Shown: positions 9,855 through 18,876 of the stretch, in pieces
How the letters are laid out: every line of letters begins with the position of its first letter
Position numbering within the stretch: position 1 is the stretch's first letter
Assembly (NCBI RefSeq): GCF_006345805.1
Contig: NW_021824392.1
Location: 1-18,876, forward strand
DNA from: Octopus sinensis
Lineage: Eukaryota
DNA: 18,876 bases
Direction: 5' to 3'
Notes under the pieces: model-generated
Told to the model about the DNA's origin: nothing
What the model saw: the letters and a program-made list of their open reading frames with translations, nothing else
The model's database searches: none
Program-made: the position numbers and the translations under genes

Positions 9855-10346
9855 TATTTCTTTACTACCCACAAGGGGCTAAACATAGAAGGGACAAACA
9901 AGGACAGACAAAGGGGTTAAGTCGATTATATCGACCCAGTGCGAAACTGGTACTATATTTATCGACCCCAAAAGGATGAAAGGCAAAGTCGACATCAGCG
10001 GAATTTGAACTCAGAACGTTAGCGGCAGACGAAATACCTATTTCTTTACTACCCACAAAGGGCTAAACATAGCGGGGACAAATAAGGACAGAGAAACGGA
10101 TTAAGTCGATTACATCGACCCCAGTGCGAAACTGGTACTTAATTTATCGACCCCGAAAGGATGAAAGGCAAAGTCGACCTTGGCGGAATTTCAACTCAGA
10201 ACGTAGCAGCAGACTAAATACCTATTTCTTTACTACCCACAAAGGGCTAAACACAGAGAGGAGAAACAAGGACAGACAAACAGATTAAGTCGATTACATC
10301 GACCTCCAGTGCGAAACTGGTACTTAATTTATCGACCTCGAAAGGC
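9855..10346 (-). mobile_element. Family A SINE multimer (5'-truncated unit plus two full body units)
   Basis: Reverse complement of the 2250-2800 units; junctions gaaatacc|tatttc at 10038/10039 and taaatacc|tatttc at 10222/10223. Confidence 0.88.
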
Positions 10347-10590
10347 AAGCTCACCTCCTTATAGCAATTTAGAGAATGCTAAATATGTAGTTGGGCAGTG
10401 TAAATTGATGGAAAGTTTTTGTTTTTATTTTGAATATCATTTTGAATATTATTGTGTGGAGGTGGTTCATGGGTGAATGCGGTTAGTGCCCACGCGCGCG
10501 CACACACACGCATACACGTATGAGTAACTCAGCTGTATTTCAAACCGGAGTTCAAATTACGCAACGTCATGCAAAGAACATTGTTTTAAA

Positions 10591-10988
10591 TCTTTATATA
10601 TAAAAGTAAGGTTGTGTGTCTGTTTCCTACGATTTAGATTCCTAACTACTCCCACATTTTGCGGTGCAGTTTAACCAAAACCGGGTATCTTATAGTTGTG
10701 ATTCATATCGAGCCTTTCTGGGTATTAGCGCGAGTCTACGATGAGTCTACGATTTAAAAAAAAATTACCATAAATCTTTTTCCATTTTAATGCATTTTTT
10801 CGCTATTATATAAGGGAAGTAACTCTCTAAAAATATCTACGATGAGTCAACGATTTAAAAAAAAATTTACCATCATTTTTTTTCTATTTTTAATGCATTT
10901 TTTTGCTATTTTTTTGCTATAACTCTCTAAAAATGCTTATATAGTTATTTCCCTTACAAACCCGAGCAACGCCGGGTGATACTGCTAG
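10591..10988 (+). mobile_element. Non-autonomous Helitron (398 bp)
   Basis: Starts A|TC (tctttatatataaaag) and ends CTAG|T. GC-rich subterminal hairpin cccgagcaacgccggg at 10961-10976, 12 nt before the end. Inserted at an AT dinucleotide with no TSD. Internal duplication of ctacgatgagtc.acgatttaaaaaaaa at ~10737 and ~10838. Confidence 0.85.
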
Positions 10989-11100
10989 TAATTTATAATT
11001 TGCAATGGTTTATTGTGTTATTTTATATCAGGATGTTGGGTGCTTAGGCAAAACTGGAGGAAAAAAACAAATCCTTGTTGGCTCTTCTTCTTTGGAGTAT

Positions 11101-11730
11101 TGTTGGGACGACTCGCTCGTTGTCATCGTCATGTGAGAATGCGTGGGCTAAGACTACGCGCCTTCATTGGTCAGTTAGAATTGAGACAGTGTCACGTGAC
11201 GACTTGCTGGGGCTGCCTGCTGGAGCCTAGCGGCAGGTATTTAAAGGGAAAAAATTTGACAAGGCAGTCAGTCGCCCGCTGACACACGTTGGCGCTACAT
11301 CGAAGATACCAGAGAACAGAAGAAAAAAGACATGTACCCAACACCAGAGCTGGAGACACTTCCGAAAGGGGCGTGGCTCGCCACGCCAAAACGGTAGAGG
11401 AGTAGGGGCCGAAACCGGACGTGGTTCCTCCTGATGATGTCTTGAGCTAACTGGATCCTATAAAGGAGCTGTTGTGGTAGCAGACCACGAAACACGGTTG
11501 AAATTCCTTGGTGACGATAACGCTACAACGAAAATCTTCCCGATTAAGTGCGAGTTCAGCAGCTTCCTTGTCCCTCTTTCCATCCATTGTTGTTGTTGTT
11601 GTTGTTAAGCAACAAAACGGGTAAGGGTGATTAGGCGATGGTCTAGGGCTTAGGGGCGGGAGACCCCAGACCTTGGAAAAAAAAAACTTTGGTTGTCTTG
11701 TAGTCGAGGGCTCTTCGTTGACGCCCGACA
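11101..11730 (+). mobile_element. LTR-like segment (probable solo or remnant LTR of an LTR retrotransposon)
   Basis: GC-richer 630-bp block with TG...CA termini forming an imperfect inverted repeat (tgttggg ... cccgaca). Contains attgg (CCAAT on the minus strand), the palindrome gtcacgtgac and TATA-like tatttaaag (~11238). No TSD found. Confidence 0.45.
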
Positions 11731-11784
11731 CCATTGGGAGGTGGCCCTCGAAGTCGCTGGAAATGGAGATCTCCAGGTCCGAAT

Positions 11785-12035
11785 TCTTGAACGGCCTTTC
11801 CGTCCATTGAGTTCTTTGCTTGCCTCTTGACCTCCTACCCTCTACTCTTCCTTCCCTGACAATGTTTGCCAGACCCCTGCCTTTATATTTTTATATGGCT
11901 TTAATAGATAAATGAGCTTTAGTTTTTCACAATGTTCAGGAGTTGTCGCTTTTCATCTGCTTGATGTAACGCGCGGTCATTTGTCAGAGGGTTCTTGTAA
12001 GAGACTCGTAGCATTCTCTTAAACACCCACATTAA
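11785..12035 (-). mobile_element. Decayed RTE-clade LINE 3' fragment
   Basis: Minus-strand translation MWVFKRMLRVSYKNPLTNDRALHQADEKRQLLNIVK...GLANIVREGRVEGRRSRGKQRTQW matches the RTE C-terminal MW..RRML and G.VEG.R.RGR...W motifs. May extend in degenerate form to ~12210. Confidence 0.8.
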
Positions 12036-12529
12036 TTACGGCTGTTATAAATGTCATTTGGGTTTTGCTGGCCAGAACGGAAATGGCGTGTTCAGAAGGC
12101 GAAAATTTCAACCTGTTTGGAGCAAGTTTCTAGAAGCTTCACCTAAGATCGAAGCAGTTGTTCAATCTGTATGTAGGGCGATAATTCTACCTATGGGACT
12201 GTATACTTATTCTGAAGCGTTAGCAGGTCGTATAAGTTAAAAAGATTAGGTGATAAAATGTATCATTGCTGTACATCTTACTGGAAATTACGCTTCTTGG
12301 AAAGATTGTTATTTTATCATACAATTTCTTGGCGACCTAAGCGGCAATTCACCCGCCAGTGTTTTATGCGTTTTCTTAAAGAGGTGTCAGATATTTTATG
12401 TATAAATAGACAACAGGTGGTCGTGTCATTCGTACTTAGAATGGTGCGGCCTTGTTGTTGTTGTTGTTGCTGTTGTTGTTGTTGTTGCGTGCTATTGCTT
12501 AAACAATTCTTTTATCTTCTCTTTTATCT

Positions 12530-12910
12530 TTTACTTATTTCAGTCGTTGAACGGCGGCCCTGCTGGAGCAACAACGCCTTGAAGAAATTTTAGTTGAACG
12601 AATCGACTGCAGTGCTTGGTTTTTAAAACCTGGTACTTATTCTATCGGTATCTTTTGCCGAGCCGCTAAGTTACGAGAACGTAAGCGCACCAATACCAGT
12701 TATTAAGCGGTGGTGGTGGAGGTGGAGGGGCAAACACAGACACAAACACACACACACACACTCACACACACGCACGTACGCGCGCACACACACGACGGGC
12801 TACTTTCAGTTTCCGTCTAGAAATCCACTTACAAGACTTTAGTAGGTCCGAGTCTGTAGTAAAAGATACTTTGCCCAAGTTGCTACGAAGTAGGATCGAA
12901 ACCAGAACCG
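12530..12910 (-). mobile_element. Family B SINE, diverged and lacking most of its head
   Basis: Collinear with the other B copies (gcggcc.tgctggagca...tggtacttattctatcgg...acgacgggct...ttgcccaag). Confidence 0.8.
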
Positions 12911-12920
12911 CTGTATATTC

Positions 12921-13339
12921 TTTTACTTGTTTCAGCCATTTGGCGATGGCCATGGTGGAGCACCGCCTGTAGTCGAGCAAATCGACCCCAGGACTTACTC
13001 TTTGGCAGCCTAGTACTTATTCTATCGGTCTCTTTGGCCGAACCGCTTAGTTACGAGGACGCAAACACACCAGCATCGGTTGTCAAGCGATGTTGGGGGC
13101 ACAAACACAAACACACAAACATATACACACACATAATATATATATATACACATATACGACGGGCTTTTTTCAGTTTCCGTCGACCAAATCCACTCACAAG
13201 GCTTTGGTCGGTCCGAGGCTATATTAGAAGACAACTTGCCCAAGGTGCCACGCAGTGGGACTGAACGCGGAACCATGTGGTTCGTTAGCAAGCTACTTAC
13301 CACACAGTCACTCCTACGCCTATAAGCCACTCCTGCGCC
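12921..13339 (-). mobile_element. Family B SINE, full length, with a duplicated 5' tip
   Basis: Collinear with 2881-3281; ag.cactcct.cgcctata is repeated at ~13306-13343. Confidence 0.9.
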
Positions 13340-13454
13340 TATATTATTTTTACATAAGTTTGTGGTTAATGTAGTGGTTTAAAGTAGAGGTTTCCGTATA
13401 AGTTGCGACCTTGAAAAAGACTTGATATTATTAAGGACGAGGCTTTATAGGAAA

Positions 13455-14090
13455 TGGTTTCAAATTTTGGCACAAGGCCAGCAATTTCGGGAGAATGGGT
13501 AAGTCGATTACATCGACCCCAGTGTTCAGCTGGTATTTATTTACTAAAGGCGGCGAGCTGGCAGAATCGTTAGCACGTCGAGCGAAATGCTTAGCGGTAT
13601 TTCGGCTGCCGTTACGTTGTGAGTTCAAATTCCGCCGAGGTCGACTTTGCCTTTCATCCTTTCGGGGTCGATAAATTAAGTACCAGTTAAGCACTGGGGT
13701 CGATATAATCGACTTAATACCTGTGTCTGTCCATGTTTGTCCCCTCTATGTTTAGCCCCTTGTGGGTAATAAAGAAATAGGTATTTATTTACTTTATCGA
13801 TCCAGAAAGGATGAAAAGCAAAATCGATCTTTGCGGAATTTGAACTCAGAACAGACTTTGCCTTTCATCCTTTCGGGGTTGATAAATTAAGTACCAGTTA
13901 CGCACTAGGGTCGATATAATCGACTTAATACCTGTGTCTGTCCATGTTTGTCCCCTCTATGTTTAGCCCCTTGTGAGTAATAAAGAAATAGGTATTTATT
14001 TACTTTATCGATCCAGAAAGGATGAAAAGCAAAATCGATCTTTGCGGAATTTGAACTCAGAACAGACAAAAAAGCTGCTAAGCATTTTGG
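13455..14090 (-). mobile_element. Older minus-strand type C SINE, interrupted by a plus-strand family A SINE and a 211-bp tandem duplication
   Basis: Tail and central part at 13455-13545 (aagtcgattacatcgaccccagtg); remainder at 13794-13853 and 14005-14090 (gaaaggatgaaaagcaaa...ggaatttgaactcagaac). Confidence 0.7.
13546..13779 (+). mobile_element. Family A SINE monomer with a 14-bp TSD
   Basis: aaaggcggcgagctggcagaatcgttagc...gagttcaaattccgcc...aaagaaata; ggtatttatttact present at both 13532-13545 and 13780-13793. Confidence 0.9.
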
Positions 14091-14430
14091 ACTCGTTCGT
14101 TGATTAATGCAATACTTTTTTCCGTTACTATTTCTAGTTGGTGCACAGTTCTCATTTGTTCAGCTTTGGAGTTTTTAAAAAAAAATTTGGCATTGTCCTT
14201 TTAGTATTCGAGTAAAAAAGAAAAAAAAAATTTAGTTATAGTTTTTTTTTTTGTGTGTGTGTTTTATAATTGGGTGTGATATTTGATGGTAAATATCCAG
14301 AAAAGTATTTAATAAAAGAATCTGTTTGATGTAGGATAAGAGAATTCATTATAGCATTATTTCATGTAATTTCGTGCGGGATTTGTTACAGCTGTCGATG
14401 TAGATGCCAACACTGGGAAGAGGAAGTAGA

Positions 14431-14528
14431 ATGATGATGATGATGAATATAATGATGATGATGGTTGTGACGACGACGACGATGACGGCGGCGGCGATTA
14501 TGATGATGATAATGATGATGATGATGAT
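14431..14528. repeat. Compound trinucleotide repeat (ATG)n/(ACG)n/(GCG)n
   Basis: Direct observation. Confidence 0.85.
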
Positions 14529-14736
14529 CTTTTGCTGTATATTTCGTAATACTTGTTGGTTGATGTTCTTATTTTCTGTTGCTGTTCTGGTTGTTCTTGT
14601 GATATTTCTTGTTGATAGATTGTTTCTGCAGAATGGTGCAGTTGTTTCGTGTTCTGTCTGCAGTTGTCTTTAGTTTCTAACGGGATGACTTTGCCAGTCG
14701 GGAAATTTGGGTACGTTGCCATGGAGAATAATAAAT

Positions 14737-15115
14737 ATTCTTTTCTACTCTGGGCACCAGGCCCGAAATTTTTGGGGAGGGGACCCAGTCGATTACACTG
14801 ATCCCAGTACTTAATTTATCGACCCCGAAAGGATGAAGGCAAAGTCGACCTCAATGGAATTTGAACTCAGAATGTAAAGACAGACGAAATACCTATTTCT
14901 TTACTACCCACAAGGGGCTAAACACAGAGGGGACAAACAAGGACAGACAAAAGGATTAAGTCGATTACATCGGCCCCAGTGCGAAACTGGTACTTAATTT
15001 ACCGACCCCGAAAGGATGAAAGGCAAAGTCGACCTCGGCGGAATTTGAACCCAGAACGTAGCGGCAGACGAAACACCGCTAAGCTTTTCGCCCGGCGTAC
15101 TAACGTTTCTGCCAG
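14737..15115 (-). mobile_element. SINE dimer: head plus A-type unit, followed by a body unit with the C-type tail
   Basis: Head from 15115 (ctggcagaaacgttag) and junction gaaatacc|tatttc at 14893/14894. The second unit ends with cccctccccaaaaatttcgggcctggtgcccagagtagaaaagaa. Confidence 0.85.
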
Positions 15116-15119
15116 TGAG

Positions 15120-15292
15120 TTCTGTGATTATTACTCCCAATTACGGTCATCACATAATGGAAAACTAATGGTGGAACATGAAGCAATCCAACGCGTATAC
15201 ACGAAGAATATTGCCTCAATGCAACGGACCAGCTACAGGGAAAGGTTAAAACACAACTCCTTAGAGTGAGGGCAGGAAAGATATGCAACAAT
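15120..15292 (+). mobile_element. CR1-like LINE remnant
   Basis: Translates as CDYYSQLRSSHNGKLMVEHEAIQRVYTKNIASMQRTSYRERLKHNSLE*GQERYA, homologous to 7310-7490. Confidence 0.75.
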
Positions 15293-15370
15293 TTTGTCTT
15301 TCGAAGTTGCTTTCATTGCCTATTTGAAAAGGATTTTCGAATTCCATTTTGTTTCCTCCAGTGAGTCAGC

Positions 15371-15735
<365 letters not shown>

Positions 15736-15759
15736 GCACGAATCTACGGCAATATATCA

Positions 15760-16570
15760 TCAGATGAAAGGATGAGCCTATGTGAGTAGAAGACCGTGCA
15801 TTGATATATTAGTAGAAAGCTCCGTGATGGTAGTAACATCGATCATCAAAGCAGTTTATCATGGACGAATAGCCAGATTACTACCTCCCACTTCGAAGGG
15901 TATGCGTTTACAATACAGGAACAGGAAGCATCAACCAAGTACCTGATGCACAAAAGGAATAGAGATGCAAGAAAAGCCGTAAAGTGTGACAACCGATGTA
16001 GACTTTGTGGAGTTAACACTAAAGATATCACCCACATCATAAGCAGTTGCTCGAAATTGTCATCACTGTATTATCTACCGATGAGACATGATGTTGTAGC
16101 TAGGACATTCTATAATGAAATCCGTTGGAGAGATAACCACGAGGACAATGAAATAAACCTACGGTATGGTAGAAGCCATAGCCACTCATAATAAAAAGCA
16201 ATATTAGTGGAATGTCCCAGCGAAGAACTTAATAAAATGTAAGCACAACAGACCTGGTATAATGATTTGGGATAGAGAAGAGAAACTGTGCACAGTTGTG
16301 GAAATTAGCTCTCTAGCGGATGTTAACATACAGGTGAAGATCAGTGAAAAGAGAACATCTACGCTAAACTATTGGGAAATCTGCAGTTACTCTACCCAGA
16401 TTGCAAGTTCAGGATTATACCTGTAGTTATTGGGGCCCTGGGATATGTAACATACTGCCTAAATACCAGTCTTCAGAAATTAGGCTTCTCAAAACCAGAA
16501 AGGAGAAAGCTAATTCGAATACTACAGATCCAATCCATCACTGGAACTGTAAAAATCTGTAAAACTTTCC
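15760..16570 (+). mobile_element. Decayed R4/Dong-like non-LTR retrotransposon 3' fragment (CCHC zinc knuckle plus restriction-like endonuclease)
   Basis: With stops and frameshifts: FEGYAFTIQEQE...CRLCGVNTKDITHIISSCSKLSSLYYLPMRHDVVA...KHNRPGIMIWDREEKLCTVVEIS...IIPVVIGALGYV...GTVKICKTF. These match the CxxC..H..C, RHD, NRPD-like (here NRPG) and IIP.VIGALG motifs of RLE-bearing LINEs. Confidence 0.85.
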
Positions 16571-16647
16571 AAAACGCCACGCAGAACTGAACCCTGGAAC
16601 CATGTGGTTGGTAAGCAAGCCTCCTACCACACAGCTACTCCCGCGCC
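16569..16647 (-). mobile_element. Family B SINE head fragment
   Basis: gccacgcag...ggaaccatgtggttggtaagcaagc...ccacacagctactcccgcgcc matches the B-family tRNA head. Confidence 0.8.
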
Positions 16648-17029
16648 CATGTATATATATATTATATGTGCGTGTGTATGTATATATGTGTGTGTATACA
16701 TATATATGGATAGACATGTAGATACGCACATACATACACGCACACACATGCACGCGTGCGCACGAGTGTTATGTTTGCTAGGAAGAGAAATAGACGAAAA
16801 TTTTCCCCAAATGTAATGTATTTATTATTTGAATGTTGTTTGTAGTATTTGTAAACTGGAATTTTCGCTCACATGATCAAAGAAAAGTGGAAATATCTAT
16901 GTTCTGAGCAAACCACTGTCACCACCGCTGATACTGGGATTTCCGGGCCACGTTATGTAATGTGTTCGTTTTCAAAGCCAGTTGGAAATGACTAACAAAA
17001 GTTTACCTGCTATTTCTAGTATATTACGT

Positions 17030-17200
17030 AACCGCTTAGATGCTTTATAAGCGTCGCGTCATTTGTGTGTTGTTTGTTGCTATTGTTTTCTTTGTTCACG
17101 CTCTTCTTCCCGTCTACAAACTCATTATTGTAGGGATCGAAAGACTTCAAAAGATAATGGCGACATTTCCGGTTTCTGCCGCGCTACGTTTTTACTGTGA
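17030..17200 (+). promoter_or_regulatory. Possible promoter and first exon of a plus-strand gene
   Basis: CpG-containing unique sequence with tttataag (~17045), aagataATGGCG (17157) and ttccggt (ETS-like). A short frame MATFPVSAALRFY is followed by T|GTGAGC, a donor-like site at 17197, and then a TG-rich intron-like tract. Confidence 0.3.
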
Positions 17201-17658
17201 GCTGCTCAAGGTTTTTAATTAAGGTTTTTGTGTTTCGTCTTGTGTTTGTTGTTTTTGTGTGTGCGTATATATGCAAGTGTATGTGCATATGTATGTGTGT
17301 GTGTGTGTGCATGTATGTATATGTGTCGTGTTTGTGTGTGATTTTGAGTGATTGTGTGTGTATGTATGTGTATATGTGTGTTTGTGTAATTGTTTGTGCA
17401 TATGCTCGTGAGTTGTACGAATGTGTATATATTCGTGTGCGTATATGTGTGTGTATATGTGTGTGTGTGTGTGAGAGAGAGAGTGAGAATATTATGCCAG
17501 TGTGCACTTCGCTATGCGATTACTTTATTGTATATTTTGCGCCAAATCGTCGGCTTCGAACTTTTCTCACGTTCATTGTTGATCGGTCAGTATGGCCGTT
17601 CGTAATCCTCTGTTGACTTTCTATTGCTCGGCAGAAATCTCAGTCATGACCAACCCAT

Positions 17659-17660
17659 AT

Positions 17661-17707
<47 letters not shown>

Positions 17708-17710
17708 TTT
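17659..17710. repeat. (TTTA)n microsatellite
   Basis: Direct observation. Confidence 0.93.
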
Positions 17711-17796
17711 GCATACTCTACCCTGAACTGCATTATGTCGTGAATTCTGCATATAGTTTTCGAGAATGTGATTTGATAAAAATTTCGTTCGTTATA

Positions 17797-17967
17797 GGAG
17801 TAGGAGTAGCTGTGTGGTAAGTAGCTTGCTTACCAACCACATGGTTCCAGGTTCAGTCCCACTGCGTGGCACCTTGGGCAAGTGTCTTCTACTATAGCCT
17901 CGGGCCGACTAAAACCTTGTCAGTGGATATGGTAGACGGAAACAGAAAGAAGCCCGTCGTATATATG

Positions 17968-18001
<34 letters not shown>

Positions 18002-18208
18002 CTTGTCCCCCCCAACATCGCTTGACAACCGATGCTGGTGTGTTTACGTCCCTGTAACTTAGCGGTTCGGCCAAAGAGACCTATAGAATAAGTACTAGGC
18101 TTATAAAGAATAAGTCGTGGGGTCGATTTGCTCGACTAAAGGCGGTGCTCCAACATGGCCGCAGTCAAATGACTGAAACAAGTAAGAGAGAGAGAGAGAG
18201 AGAGAGAG
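17797..18208 (+). mobile_element. Family B SINE, full length, with a (GA)n tail
   Basis: ggagtaggagtagctgtgtggtaag (A-box), aggttcagtccc (B-box), ccttgggcaagtg...gactgaaacaagtaa, then (ga)n. Confidence 0.9.
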
Positions 18209-18876
18209 AAACTGTAATAACCGTGCAGAACAGCGGTTCTCGACCGGAGTCCACGCAAGCAAAATAATAAATTTGGGATCCTCAGTTGTATATTAAGCAG
18301 TAGAGGCTCGTGTATAGGAACTGCGGAACTGGAGCACCCCCTGTTACCACTCGATATTATGGATAACATTAAATATAGAATCCTTTTTTTCTTTAATCCT
18401 TTCTTTATACTTGTACATTATATAATCCTTAAGCTTAATGTCAGTTGCCATCCCCTAGTTTACGAAAAAAATACACAAACCCTTGTATAGAACTGTGCGC
18501 TTCGCAGTTCCAGCGACGCAGTGTTTTGGCTGTTGTGAGCATGCTCTCTTGTACGAGACAGGAAGCTGCACTCTAGGAAGAGAGAGCACTGTTGTTCACG
18601 CAGTTCTGACTCTGGTGTGCTGGTGAAAGGTAGTAGTTTTTTTTGATCCGCGTGTGTTGTGCTTAAAAACGTGTTTATATTCTTGAATGTGATAAAGTGT
18701 AGAATTAGATTATTATCCTGCTTCCAGCTTCAGTGTTGCTTCCAGGATTTGAAAAATAGGGCTGATTCCCCCTCCCCACCTTTATTTTGTGATTTAGGTG
18801 GGGTGGGGGTGGGGGGTTGAAAAACAAAGGGAAATTCGCGATGGTGTTCAGTGGAACAAATAAAAACACTGCTCAG

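Noticed and set aside
11013-11734. Short ORFs across the LTR-like block
   Set aside because: No recognisable gag, pol or host motifs; lengths are within chance expectation for GC-richer DNA.
13431-13694. Similar ORFs at 13431-13694 and 14979-15269 (WYLIYRPRKDERQSRPRRN), plus the MAEPLSY.. ORFs
   Set aside because: Their similarity comes from shared SINE sequence, not from a protein family.
18231-18350. hAT-type terminus cagcggttctcgaccgg and downstream GC-richer sequence
   Set aside because: No matching second TIR or TSD within the window, so an element cannot be delimited.

Overview
Eukaryotic, AT-rich, repeat-saturated genomic DNA. The SINE families and dense di/tri/tetranucleotide microsatellites strongly resemble an octopus (coleoid cephalopod) genome; this taxon call is pattern recognition, not a search result. 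The only well-supported host coding sequence is one minus-strand exon near the left edge (ATG at 293, donor after 77). It encodes the hydrophobic N-terminus and the start of the Rossmann motif (KAVVITG) of a membrane-anchored short-chain dehydrogenase/reductase. Most of the rest is intron or intergenic DNA containing about 12 tRNA-derived SINE loci, decayed LINE fragments (RTE, CR1-like, R4/Dong-like with an RLE domain), a non-autonomous Helitron, a hAT-like MITE and an LTR-like segment. A possible promoter or first exon lies near 17.1 kb. The most notable observations are: (i) a tandem ~244-bp (TA)n-embedded unit carrying a minimal Penelope-type hammerhead ribozyme fold with a variant core; (ii) SINE multimers with an invariant hairpin-forming junction, one trimer enclosed by a single 17-bp target-site duplication; (iii) a 554-bp non-coding element inserted within an (ATT)n tract. 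Almost all ORFs in the supplied track are microsatellite or SINE artefacts.
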